A stretch of DNA of 64,000 nt, taken from positions 17,236,001 to 17,300,000 of the forward strand of contig NC_135667.1 in assembly GCF_964188315.1 (NCBI RefSeq), written 5' to 3'. Under the pieces are notes generated by a model, which saw nothing but the letters and a program-made list of their open reading frames with translations, searched no databases and was not told the origin of the DNA. The position numbers and the translations under genes are program-made. Origin of the DNA: Podarcis muralis (lineage: Eukaryota). Position 1 is the stretch's first letter. Every line of letters begins with the position of its first letter. Positions 48,172-59,971 of the stretch are shown here, piece after piece.

Positions 48172-48560
48172 CCCTCCAACATTTCTCTGATGAAAATAGG
48201 GACGCCCCATTCCATAATGATAATTTGACTATTTATACCCCACACATCTTATTCGGTTGCCCCAGCACTCTGGGCAGCTTCCAACATATACTGTATAAAA
48301 ACATAACAAAACATTAAACATTACAAAACTTCCCTATACTGGATCGCCTTCAGATGGCTTGGGAGTCAGATAACTCCACATCATCCAACATTTCTCCAGT
48401 GAAAATAGGGACATCCTACCATACCCTCCAACATTTCTCCAATAAAAATAGGGACATCCTGAGGAAAAGCAGGACATTTCAGAATCAAATTAGAAACTGG
48501 GACGGCTTCTCAAAATTAGGGATGCCCCTGGAAAATAGGGGCACTTGGAGCGCCTGCAGG
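48172..48560. repeat. Three copies of a roughly 33-bp unit (T/C)CCAACATTTCTC..N.AAAATAGGGAC, probably DNA-transposon derived
   Basis: Copies near 48175, 48385 and 48426, followed by AAAATTAGGGA and AAAATAGGGG variants. Confidence 0.55.
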
Positions 48561-50407
48561 TAGGCAGGCAGGTGGGGGCTGCTTGAGGAAAGAATCAGGT
48601 TGATGGAGCTGTGCCCCATTTGCACTAATGAGCTAGGTTGCACTAGGCATCTTGGGGGAAAGGCCTGGAAACACTGCTTGTCCAATATGGTATTTTTATT
48701 GGAAGAAAATGTCTGGAATGGGATGTGTGTGTGTGCGTGCACAACACCCACCCACAGCATGAGTCCATGACTCTGCTGTACTGCTACCACAACAGAAGAG
48801 AGAGGAGGAGAAGGAGGCAAGTGGCAGGTGTTTGCAGGTGACTTTAACATTCCCATCCCTATTTTTCCTCTTTCCCTTTTGTAACAGGCAGCAAAAAGGG
48901 CAACAGAGTGTTGAGGGTCACAGCACAAGCCTCAAGGGGAGAGAAAGTGCTGAAGGGGTAAGCAGCTGCACTACTCCAGACATTTTTCGATTGGGCTGAT
49001 TATCTAGATCATAATATTTTCTTTTTTTAAGAGGGCACATAGGGGGACTTGGGGACCACAAAAACATTTTCACATACTGGTAACAATTGTATCAAGGGGA
49101 ATGCAGGAGTAGTCAGTTTTAAAATAGACATCTAAAAATAAATTAAAAGCATTTTTTAAAAATGGACAAATTAGGGGGTCTCAGAAAATGTTTGGCATCT
49201 CAGTGAAGCAGTAAGGTGGAAGAAACATTATTAAGTTTTTAAAATTAATAGACAAACGGGGGTGCTTGGTGCACCAGAAAAAATGTTTGGTGTCACAGTA
49301 TCAAAGCAAGGAAGCAGGCAGCAATATATATTTTTGAAAATGTGGGGAGGGAACTAAAATAAAATATTTAGGTAGGTTGTGGGTTTGCTGCCCTGATCTA
49401 GATCCATTTTAATCTGGGTTCGAGACTAGGTTCCATGCTAAAAAACACCTTGATCACCCTGCTGAATGACCAGCACTGGGAGAAGACATGCAGACAAGTG
49501 TGATCCAGTCAGTTTTCTTAAGCCTCTCTGCAGATTTCAGGATCACAACCACAGTAGCTTTCTCTAGCCTGGCTGTTCAGGATGGGAGCTGAAGCAACTT
49601 CGCTACAGTCCTTCTCATCCTACCTGCTGAAAGACTGTTTCCCAGAAGCTGGTGCTGGAGGAACCTTCTGCTGAGGCCCACAATGCATGTTTTGTGAGGT
49701 TCTGTAAGGCTGTGTCTTCTTCCTCACTTTGTTTCAGCATTGCATGAGTCCACTGAGTGAAGTCATAGAATTGTAGAATTGTATAATTCCCTTTAATCCC
49801 ACTGCTTATAACTCTTTCTCTCCCCACTCCCACTTGTGTGTGTGTGTGTGTATGTGAAGTTTAAATGAGGTTTACATGTCATACATCTGGTGAAGTGGGT
49901 CCTAGTCCATGAAAGCTTATGCCACAATAAATGTGTTGGTCTTCCAGGTACCACAAGACTCTGCTGTTTTGCAGCAACATATTCTGCTGCCCCACTGGGA
50001 AGTGTTGATATTTCAGTACTGAATAATTTGAATAGCTATTTTAATTCCTCGCACCAAATGTTTTCTGTAGCAAACAGCAGGCTAAGGTGCCACTTTTTTC
50101 TTTCTTTTTTAACAGAAGCATGTCTTTGTTCCTGTAACAACTGCCCAACAGACAGAATGAAGAAGAAGCCCTGCTGGATCAGACCAAATGGCCATTTAAT
50201 ACAGCCTCATCACAGCGGCCAACCAGATGCCTATAGAACATAAGCACAAAAGCCCTCTCCCCATTTCTGCTCCCTGGCAACTGATATTTCGAGAGACCAT
50301 AAAGAAGAGCCCTGCTTATGGATTGAGCCAAAGGGTCTTTGGGTTGCCATACTTTGAAGAGAAAAAAAGAGGACATATTTGCCAACATCTACTTTTAACT
50401 ATTTGAA

Positions 50408-50770
50408 GGACGCGGGTGGTGCTGTGGGTTAAACCACAGAGCCTAGGACTTGCCGATCAGAAGGTCAGCGGTTCGAATCCCTGTGACGGGGTGAGCTCCT
50501 GTTGCTTGGTCCTTGCTTGGTCCTTGCTCCTGCCCACCTAGCAGTTCAAAAGCACGTCAAAGTACAAGTAGATAAATAGGTACTGCTCCAGTGGGAAGGT
50601 AAACGGTATTTCCATGCACTGCTCTGGTTCAACAGAAGCAGCTTAGTCATGCTGGCCACATGACCCGGAAGCTGTATGCTGGCTCCCTCGGCCAATAAAG
50701 CGAGATGAGTGCCGCAACCCTCAGTCACGACTGGACCTAATGGTCAGGGGTCCCTTTACCCTTTACCTTT
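50408..50770 (+). mobile_element. Full-length Sauria SINE
   Basis: GGACGCGGGTGGTGCTGTGGGTTAAACC...GGTTCGAATCC...GGGGTCCCTTTACCCTTTACCTTT; TSD ACTTTTAACTAT (50391-50402, 50771-50782). Confidence 0.92.
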
Positions 50771-51411
50771 ACTTTTAACTATGGATCTCTATGGCGACTC
50801 TCATAATGAAAAAGAGGACCTGTCCTGGAAAAAAAGGGTATATGGCAACCCAGCATCCTGTACTCGCAGTGGCCAACCAGATGCCTGTGGGAAGCAGGGA
50901 AGCAGAGCCGGATTGTAGAACATTAGCCACTAATAGCATGCTCCTCCATGGATTTGTCCGACTCACTTTTAAATGTTGGCTTTTTGCAGTTTAGTAGCAC
51001 TGCAGAGAGCTTGCTGGGGAGACCATGCATTAAAAAGGGACTCAAAAATAACTTAAACAAGGTTTTAATAACAAAAACAAAAACTCCTTATACACTAAAT
51101 ACATCAACAACAAACCAGACCCAACCCCCAGGGTAATGGGAGAGCTAGGTGCTGCTCCTTATATACTACACCCAATTGCCGACACAGCTTGATTAACACA
51201 ACTCAGCAGCACCTGCTATGTTTCACAGCTGTAAGGCTGGGTCTCGTTATTTGCCCTGGCCCTGGCCCTTAAAGACATACACAACTTGTGACGCAATAAT
51301 GAACCTTCACATTTTAAAGTGACCATTCAACATTAAAGCCATCCAGTTTGGTGTTCTCCTGTGGGAGTGAATGCCAAAGTTTAACTATGGTATGCTTTGT
51401 TCAAGAAGTAT

Positions 51412-51540
51412 CATAGAATCCTAGAGTTGCAAGGGACCGCAAGGGTCATCTCATGTGATGCAGGAGTCTCTTCCCCAATGTGGGGCTGGAACCCACAACC
51501 CTGAGATTAAGAGCCTCAGACTCTGCTGACTGAGCTGGCC
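51412..51540 (-). mobile_element. tRNA(Lys-like)-head / CR1-tail SINE, degenerate
   Basis: Reverse complement: GCTCAGTCAGCAGAG...CTCTTAATCTCAGGGTTGTGGGTTCCAGCCCCACATTGGG followed by a CR1-like tail TTCTATGA; same family as 59700-59840. Confidence 0.65.
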
Positions 51541-51778
51541 TTTGGTTCGCCCCGAATCTTCCAACATCCAGCTTCACATGGACCTACTGTTATGAGATCG
51601 GGAGACAAATTTATCCTGTCCAGGTTCGCAAGATGCATATATTTATATATTTCTACCATGCTCCCCGCACCAAATGCCCTTTCCTCCTAAACTAAGAAGC
51701 TCAATTTTTTGTGTGGGGGTTACTTTTCAAGCTCTATAGTATCTTGTCTGAGTTGTGGAGACCAGAACTCTACACAAT

Positions 51779-51934
51779 GTCAAAACAAAAAAAATTCCTT
51801 CCAGTAGCACCTTAAAGACCAACTAAGTTAGTTCTTGGTATGAGCTTTCGTGTGCATGCACACGAAAGCTCATACCAAGAACTAACTTAGTTGGTCTTTA
51901 AGGTGCTACTGGAAGGAATTTTTTTTGTTTTGAC
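51779..51934. repeat. Perfect spacerless 156-bp palindrome at the end of a Penelope-like element
   Basis: Arms are exact reverse complements around GTGTGCA|TGCACAC; the sequence continues to about 51970 as ...TATGGCAGACCAACACGGCTACC, resembling squamate Penelope termini as recalled. Confidence 0.85.
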
Positions 51935-52329
51935 TATGGCAGACCAACACGGCTACCCATCTGTAACTGGATCTACACAATGTGTACATCATCAGCGCAG
52001 GCGGCCAGGCGACGAGGAGAAACAGAAAGTCTTGGATTTCCACGACAAAGAGTCCTTTGGCACCAGAAAGACCAGCTGATTTAGTGTGGCGCTATCTGTC
52101 ATGGAAGAAGACCACAGCTCCTCCGATGCGTGAATCCTCCTCCCAAAGAGGCGTCGAACTGGACTTGGCACACACGCATCCCCTGTCCCTTTAAAAGAGT
52201 TGCACAGAAGGGAGCATTCTGTCAGACGCTGTTTCTCCCAGCACTGCAGCGCTGTGGTGGGAAAAGCCACGTCGAGGGGGGGGGGAATCTCCGTTCTCTG
52301 CAACTCTTAAAGGAACAGGATGATGACGA

Positions 52330-52930
52330 CGACGACTCAAGACCCCCCCTGCACTGAGCAGGCAACCCTGGTTTGGGCTCTCCCGAGTCTTTCTAACCTT
52401 TCCCGGGAGGTTCTAGGCACTGGCGGGTCGGCGCTGGGACCCAGGAGGCGCTTCCGACTGGCGCGCTCGCCTTCTCCGCCGGGTCCATCTGCTGGGTCCG
52501 TGCGCCTCCCGGATGCCCGGCTCCGACCAGCCCGGCTCTTTTGTTCTGCAGCGGCCGGGCGGCGAGAGGTTTCCCACCGGACGCTCATCTCCCCACCCAC
52601 CGCCGGCCCATTGAAACCTTCAGTTGCCGCAGATCACAATGCAAAACAGGTAATAGCCGCTGCCTATGCCTCCTGGTTTGGGTGGGTAGCTCTCTCCCTC
52701 GCCCCCCGCTCCCCCTTCCTGCCCAGCCTAGATCACAAATGGGGCGGGCGGGGAAAGCTTTGCAGCTCCGGGCGCTTCTCTGCAGGCTGGGGGCGCAAGG
52801 AGGAAGGGAGGGAGCAGGACCCTCGATCTGCGAGGTGGGCGAGAGATGGTTTGCATTGCAACGGGTCTGCTCCCTTTAAGCGAGACTTGTTTGCGTTTAA
52901 GGGATCGGGGTCGAGCCGGGGATGGTTGTG
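52330..52930 (+). promoter_or_regulatory. CpG island, probable promoter and non-coding exon 1 of ZNF524
   Basis: High CpG density; candidate donor CAG|GTAATA at 52649/52650; nearest island upstream of the ZNF524 acceptor at 55358/55359. Confidence 0.6.
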
Positions 52931-53030
52931 ATGAAGATGATTTTAACGCAAATTGTTCTTCTAATGCATTCCTCCCCCTCTTACCGTTCCCTATCCAAGG
53001 GGAATCCAGCTCCCCTAGAAGCCCCTTCTG

Positions 53031-53061
<31 letters not shown>

Positions 53062-55400
53062 TTTTAAATAATTCCAAATGCCTTCGAGCTGGCTCGTGAT
53101 GGGAGTGAGGGAAGGGCACTCAGCACATGCCCAGAGGTGCCCTCTTCCCTACAGTCGAGCAAAATCAGCCCAAAAACAAAACACAAAAGAGGGGGGGGGC
53201 ACTCAGGATCGTTCTAGAATCTGTCGCTAGATTCTGGAAGATTCATTGGCCCAAGGCTGCCAAAGTCTCAGTTCAGATTAAGCAACGAAGCTGGTTCTTA
53301 TGTTATGGCTGTGACAGGGACTCGGTCACAGGAATTTAGCTGAAAGGTTGTGCATGACTCCCTTTTATCCAGTGTTAACAATCTGTAGGATTGGTGGATT
53401 GTGGAAATGAAATGAATTGGATGTTGCTGATGGGGGAATCTCTTTTCCTAATTCAAATTGACAGCAACATGGTGAATTTATACTCTCCCTATTCATCTTT
53501 TCTTTTCCCCCTTAACATTTCCAGTAGTGGATGCTGTTGGACTTTAGCATTTGTTTGTTTGTTTAGAAAAGTGCAAAAGAGCTGGATTTGGCAACTTGAT
53601 GCATAGCATGATAGCTTTAAAATGAATCAACCAGGGTTGTTTTTTAAAAAGTTAAATTTTGAAAGTAGGGTTAGAAAATGGTCAGAATTCCAACGCAATC
53701 CACTGAAACATTGCCAAGCTTCAGATCTGTGCAAAATGTAATTGCCGTTCTAGTCGGTTCTATTTTGTATTTCAACATATTTCTGTAGAACTGGACGAGC
53801 AGCATCTGGAGAAAGTATTTGCAGAGAGGCTGGGAGACTGCTCTTTATCAGCAGATACCAGTTAAAAATGTATTAATATTCTGCTTAGGCTGTTTTCTAG
53901 GGCTGTTTGGAAATGGGTTCCAGAGCAGAACAGACTCAACTCTGAGTCCTGCATTATAGCCGTGCCAAGAGATACCTGCTAGGTTTGTCTCCTGGTAATA
54001 CAGATCTACATCTAAGTAATGGCAAGAGGTAATTCCCAGCAGATAAGCAAGTGAGTTTCTGCAGCTGACATCTGCTGTATCTTGGGGATAGATGGCAACC
54101 CCCAAGGAGCCCTGGGAATTACATAGTTTGTGCAAACTATGTTTAGGGTACATATTCAAATGTCCTAAGCGTTCCTCCTTAACGTCTGTAAACAAGTCTG
54201 CTCTACTTGCAAAAGTGTGATGCACATTGCAATAAGGGATATAAGGCAAGGGTCACACATAGAATTGCAATCTCCTTCTTTCTATCCTTGCCTCAGAGTC
54301 AAAGCCCCCACCTCCTATGCATGATCAAACTTGGTTTCTTCTCAGTTATCTGGAATAGCTACCCAATCTGCATCCTTGGAATGGCTAATTCAGTTTAGAA
54401 TCCCCACTTCACTCATGAGTGCATATTGAAAGCTGGAGGAAAACTGCACGCTTGATCTGTCCTGGGTTCTGGGTATGGCAGGATGGTTAAAATTAGATTA
54501 TTGGTGTTAACAGATCTTAAGTATGAGTAGCACAGACCCTCTTGCTGATGCAGTGCATGTTCATATATGAAGTTAGGGTGCACTCGCATGCAGATGTCAT
54601 GAATGTACAGTGAATAACTGTACACACAGTTATTCACAGACGTAAAATGCATGTCTTTGTGTATATGTTTTTGCTCACAGATACCTTGTAGACATATGCA
54701 CGTTTGCATTCCCATCCACAAGGGAAGATATTATCTGCAAGACTCTCTTAAGACCAATTTAGACTGTGCACATGTGCTGACACTGTGCACCATTATATCC
54801 ATGCTCTAGTGCATAGTCACACCCACAATTCAGTATATATTTTAAAAGAACTGCACACACGGTTAGAGATTCAGGTAAGTGTGCACAGAGTGCACATATA
54901 CACTTAGGGTTTCTTTTAAATGTTTTAGACTTCAGCCCACTTTGGAGGAGGCATTAACTGGTGAGGAGGCTGGGGAATTGGAATCTCATTCATAGTTTAT
55001 GTAACTTGAGGGTTAACCCTGCTGAGTTCAAAAGGAATCGCTTCCGTAAATGTTGCACTCTTGATCTCTAAGGTGCCCCAGTGCTTTTTACCACTGTAAT
55101 TTAAGGCGCCTAGGGTACTAGCCAACGAAGCCATACTCCGAGTAGACCCACAGAAATCAGTGGGCCTGCGCTGAGTGTGGCTCAGTTGGCTATCGCCCCA
55201 TGTCTTTTGGAATGAATACTTGGATGTCTTCTCGGCGTCTGAAATGCAAAGATGGCAGTGGCGCTTATACTTTTGCAGAAGACCAAATGCATTGCTGGGG
55301 TGGCGGGGTCTTCCTGGTGGGCTTCTCTGTGGTTCTCACTGTTCTCCCGTCTCCGCAGCGATGTCCCTGTAGCTGAACGCGCTCTTGTTCCTGGTGCCCA

Positions 55401-56525
55401 ATGGAGCCATCTCACAGGTGGCATGTCGACAGGGGTGATGGGCATCCAGCGGAGCTGCAGGCAAAGGCTCGGGTGCTGGTGCCAGGCGGGAGTAGTTGGC
55501 CAAGAGCGGAAAACCATGGCAGCGTCGGGCTTGAAAACGAGGTGATAGAAACCTGCCCCCCAGTTCCTTGGGCTCACTATATGCAGACCCCACTCAGCAA
55601 TGACAGCCCCCAGAACCACACGGCCTTAGAGGACAGGCCTTCTCATCCCGAGATCTACAGCATTGCCCTGTGGGGGCCCAAACTGCATTCGGCGCTGACC
55701 AGGCACAGAGGGGGGCGGTCCAATGCACAGGCCTCCCCTCCGGCCTCCAAGCATCTTGATCCGCCAGGAGAGGGAGACGCCGCAGACGAAGGGTCCATGG
55801 TGTTGATTGATGCTGAAGGGGTGCCCCACACTGTGTCGCGCCAAGAGGTCGAGCAGGCTGGGCAGATGCAATCCTCTGAGCCCGAGCTGTTGGCATCAGC
55901 CCCGCCGCCCCGGCAGCTGTACTTCTGCCCCATTTGCCTACGGACGTTCCTGTACCAGTCGGACCTGGAGCGCCACAGCATCACCCATTCGGAGAGCAAG
56001 CCGTACGTGTGTCGCGAGTGCGGCAAGGCTTTCAAGCGCTCCTCGCACCTTCAGAGGCACAAGCACATCCACACCGGCGAACGGCCCTTCAGTTGCCCGG
56101 TCTGCCGCAAGGGCTTCCGGGAATCTGGGGAGCTCCTGCGCCACCAGCGAGTCCACACCGGGGAGAAGCCGTACCAGTGCCAGATCTGTCGGTTGCGCTT
56201 CACGGAGCGCAACACCCTCCGCCGACACGCCAAGCGCAAGCACGCCCGTGAGACCTACTACCAGCGCTCCATCGAGGAGGGAGGCGGCAGCTGGACAACG
56301 GCAGGAGACTGGGAATCGGAAGTGGTGGCGGGAAGCGGTGACTGGGGGCCAGAGGAACTTGGGAGTGGCTGGACCAATGAATCGGTGGAGGACTGGGTCG
56401 GGGATGGGAGCCACTGGGGAGAAGCTGCAGAAGGCGGGGCAGGAAGCACTCCAGTAGCTATGTCACAGATACCAGAGACAGAACACAGCAAGGACAAAGA
56501 CAAGCCTGGAATCCAGCCCTCATAA
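55401..56525 (+). CDS. ZNF524: Zinc finger protein 524 orthologue, 374 aa, four C2H2 fingers
   Basis: YFCPICLRTFLYQSDLERHSITH...KRSSHLQRH...FRESGELLRH...YQCQICRLRFTERNTLRRHAKRKH matches human ZNF524 as recalled; acceptor TTCTCCCGTCTCCGCAG| at 55358; synteny with FIZ1. Confidence 0.9.
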   Translation: MEPSHRWHVDRGDGHPAELQAKARVLVPGGSSWPRAENHGSVGLENEVIETCPPVPWAHYMQTPLSNDSPQNHTALEDRPSHPEIYSIALWGPKLHSALTRHRGGRSNAQASPPASKHLDPPGEGDAADEGSMVLIDAEGVPHTVSRQEVEQAGQMQSSEPELLASAPPPRQLYFCPICLRTFLYQSDLERHSITHSESKPYVCRECGKAFKRSSHLQRHKHIHTGERPFSCPVCRKGFRESGELLRHQRVHTGEKPYQCQICRLRFTERNTLRRHAKRKHARETYYQRSIEEGGGSWTTAGDWESEVVAGSGDWGPEELGSGWTNESVEDWVGDGSHWGEAAEGGAGSTPVAMSQIPETEHSKDKDKPGIQPS

Positions 56526-57250
56526 ATATGCAAAAACTAGGTTGGGCGGGGGGCACCAGGGACTGGGACATGAACTCTGCCCTGCAACTGTCTAAAAGGA
56601 CTTAAACATCTGTAACTGCATTGAGACTTTTCCTGCCCCCTCAAGTGAGGGCATGAGACTGAGGATAGGACCGTTTCCTAGAGCTGCTCTAGAATATTAT
56701 GGCCTTTGAAGTATCAATCGGTGGGCATCACCAAAGACTGGAGAATGCTACTGGTGGACAGGGAAACATAACTGTCCCCTCCTTCCAACAATTATATCAT
56801 GACATCCAGAGCTGTTGAGGGATTGGAGAAACAGTGTTATGTGTTAAACTCTGTAGCAGAGTATAGCAAATGAAACTGGGGAATTTGCTGTTTCTTGTGG
56901 TTTCCCAGAGGAATGGGCACTGGGTGATGTGTGCTCCTCTCCCGGTTTGTACCAAACAAAATGTCGATACACGTTGGTCCTCTGTAAGATTATTTGCCCC
57001 ATTCTGAGTTGCTTTCTTGGCTCCTCCATGCAGTGGGGCATTTTCAAGTTTGCAAACTTTTCAATGAATTAACATATGCAAAAGAGCAGTTGTCTCCTTT
57101 TTCCTCCTTCCCCTTTCTTCCCCTGCCCCCACCTTTCCAAAAAGTGTGGCCTAAGGTTTGGAGATCTCTCCCTCAGCCCATAATGTGCGTGCTTGAGTCT
57201 AGAGTTTGAGGGAATTGAAATATTTGGGTACATGTGGAGTTCTATGTCTT

Positions 57251-57258
<8 letters not shown>

Positions 57259-57300
<42 letters not shown>
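57259..57300. repeat. (GT)n microsatellite
   Basis: Pure TG run of about 21 units. Confidence 0.95.
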
Positions 57301-57301
<1 letters not shown>

Positions 57302-57552
57302 ACTTCTCAATAGGTGTGAGGCAAAATCCTAATGTGTAGGCAGAGATCCAATTTGAATACGTGTCTGGAAGTGAAGGACTGAAAGGAAGGACAAGGGGAA
57401 GGACAACAAGCCCCAATCCCTCCCTTCTGCACACTGCAGCTTTCTCTCCTGTTTCCCTCTCAACATCCAGAGATGATGTGCGCTTAATACCTCAGTCCTA
57501 AACACATACACTTACAAGTAAATTGCATTCAAATCAGCCAGAATTACTTTTA

Positions 57553-57558
57553 AATAAA
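57553..57558 (+). terminator. Candidate ZNF524 polyadenylation signal
   Basis: AATAAA about 1 kb after the stop, followed by TG/T-rich sequence. Confidence 0.35.
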
Positions 57559-59644
57559 TGTGTTTAGGGCTGAGGTGTTAGGCCATCATCTGGTCCAGAG
57601 TGCCACATGAAGCAAGATCTTGACAAAGAATGAGCAGGGCAGATGTGCCGGTGCTACCACTGCACCACAAAGGTTAACTCGTGCTTTCTCTGGATAAAGT
57701 CTTGAAACATCAATGTTTTGTGAAAAGTGCTGAAAATTCTGTGAGGAATCTCAAGCCCCTTCACAGAACTTACACTTCCCACTACTGTACTTTTAGACTG
57801 TTCAACCCATATACTTTTGGGCTTCTCATCTACAATTCCCCCCCCCCCCCAGCAAATTAAAAGAAGTGGGAGGCAGCAAGTTTACACAAACTCACAGTGT
57901 TCTCTTGGGGAAAGAACATGGCTGCTTTCAGTGGAGGCCCCCATTAGGGCGAATAGGGCAATGCCCCACCAACCTTAGTCTGCTTCCAACCAGCTGCCAG
58001 CTGCCTGCCTTCTTACATACAAGCAGCCTGGGGTGGCTGTGCCTGTAGCAGCTTCCTCCTCCTTAGTCTCCGTGTTGCCCCTTGTAGAACTCACCAGAGG
58101 AAAGGAATAGGGACTAAACTAGAATTATTTGGCTCTGTATCTCATTGGCTCTGGCTCCATCTACTTTTGGGCTCTCTGCTTTCTGCTGTACCAGTTCCAG
58201 TGTGTGACAGTCACCACTGGCTGTTTTAAATGGTCCCAAACAGAGCTAGCCCTACCATTAGGCAGAGTGGAGCAGCAGATTATGGGGAGATGGAGTGGCA
58301 TCGAAGTGTTGGAGGTCACATCTGTGTGTGGCATACAACCTGCTCTGCACCTTCTAAACTAGTCTGCTGACCTCAAGCATGGTGGAGGCTGATGTCCCAT
58401 TAGTTGCCAGTCCTCTTAGTTTCTGCGCATGAAATGAGAGGAGGCGCCATCTTGTCCTTCACCTCTGTTAGCAAATTGCCTTGTGTTGGACAGTGTCCCA
58501 ATCAGGATATATTTGGAGGGAAGCAAAGGGGGAATTTGAGCTTTGGCAATGTCTGTCTTACATTTTGAAGGCAACTTCCCTAACCAAACACAAGGCATCT
58601 CTTACAGGGCAGAACACATGGGAGGAAGTGTGTGAGAGAGCATGCTGCAGATGGAGAGAAATCAGCATGGTGATTCTCCATTATTTCTGTTTAAAAAGTG
58701 TAGGCTTTTGTTACAGAAAATGGTTAGAATCCCAAAAGGGGCAATGTCTGCAGAACTGAGACCACACTGTAATATTACCGTGACCCCGAGTTTTATAATT
58801 ATTTTACATATATTTGGCATGTGATGTACATGAGGGTTAGATGTTTTCTCCTGTCTTTATGCTGTTGCACTTGATCTGAACTGAGATTTGCCCAGGTGCG
58901 TGATTGCACAAGCATTCAATGACCTGCTTACAAGGTCACATCCTTGTACTCTGTGTTACGTCAGTATGAAAATAGCTAACATTCCCTTTCTTCCTTCCTC
59001 ACAATCATAACTGCAGATAGAAGCTCCCATTTCATTTATGGCTGCTTCCTTGCAATTCCTTTCCTAAACCAAGTTCTTATTACACAAGTAACAAGCAGTG
59101 TAGAAGCAGGTTGAGAAATTGTTGGCTGCTCAGTCACAACTTATGAATGCACAGTGGCTCCCCATATGGATCTGCCACTATCAAGTGGTTTTCTTCATGG
59201 CACTGCAAAACACTCCTACCAGTGGTTTACAACAGCTCAGAGAGAAAACAAGAGTGGAGGTCCAGTCTGCAAGGTGAGCCACTGCTCACTGTTAATGACA
59301 TAGAGCAATTCCCTTACTGATTCAGTTCCAAGTGGTGTGTATAACAAGGTGTCTGTCCAAGCTGATGCTAAATGAGAACTTTATGAACATCCTTGTGGCA
59401 GTTGGAGAAAGCAGGGTTGGTTGTAGTCACTCCATGCTACTGAAAATGATGTGGACCCCCACCTTTCTAAACTGCAGATGATAAGAGGTGACATGGGTTG
59501 AACAGTCTGCATAAGGAGATATGAGAGCACTCAAAAATTCATTTTTGTAGATACCACTGCTTGCACCTCCAGAATTTCTCTTGAAGCCTAATTTCCTGTA
59601 TCAAAAGCCTAACAGGGAGCAGAGAAGGCTTCATTACAAGTGTG

Positions 59645-59646
<2 letters not shown>

Positions 59647-59680
<34 letters not shown>
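59647..59680. repeat. (GT)n microsatellite
   Basis: Pure GT run of 17 units. Confidence 0.95.
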
Positions 59681-59681
<1 letters not shown>

Positions 59682-59699
59682 AGAGAGAGGGAGGACAGA

Positions 59700-59840
59700 A
59701 GCTGGGATAACTCAGTCAGTAGATAATCTCAGGGTCATGGGTTTGAGCTCCGTGTTGGGCAAAAGATTCTTGCATTGCAGGGGATTGGACTAGATGGTCT
59801 TTGTGTTCCCTTCCAACTCTACAATTCTATAATTCTATGA
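59700..59840 (+). mobile_element. tRNA(Lys-like)-head / CR1-tail SINE
   Basis: GGGATAACTCAGTCAGTAGA..AATCTCAGGGTCATGGGTTTGAGCTCCGTGTTGGGC, then a CR1-type tail GGATTGGACTAGATG...(TTCTATAA)(TTCTATGA). Confidence 0.75.
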
Positions 59841-59918
59841 AATGAGTGGACAAGAGGGTGCATGTATGTGTGTGAGTGCCTGTTTTCAGCAGAATGGCAA
59901 ATTAAAACTAGCAATCTG

Positions 59919-59925
59919 GCGCGCG

Positions 59926-59967
<42 letters not shown>
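59919..59967. repeat. (GC)n-(CA)n alternating purine-pyrimidine tract
   Basis: GCGCGCGTGCGCGC followed by (CA)18. Confidence 0.9.

Positions 59968-59971
<4 letters not shown>

Noticed and set aside
52320-52931. ORFs of 100-226 aa in CpG islands (also 62842-63898, 39228-39908, 8395-8940)
   Set aside because: Low stop-codon frequency in GC-rich DNA yields ORFs in all frames; low-complexity translations.
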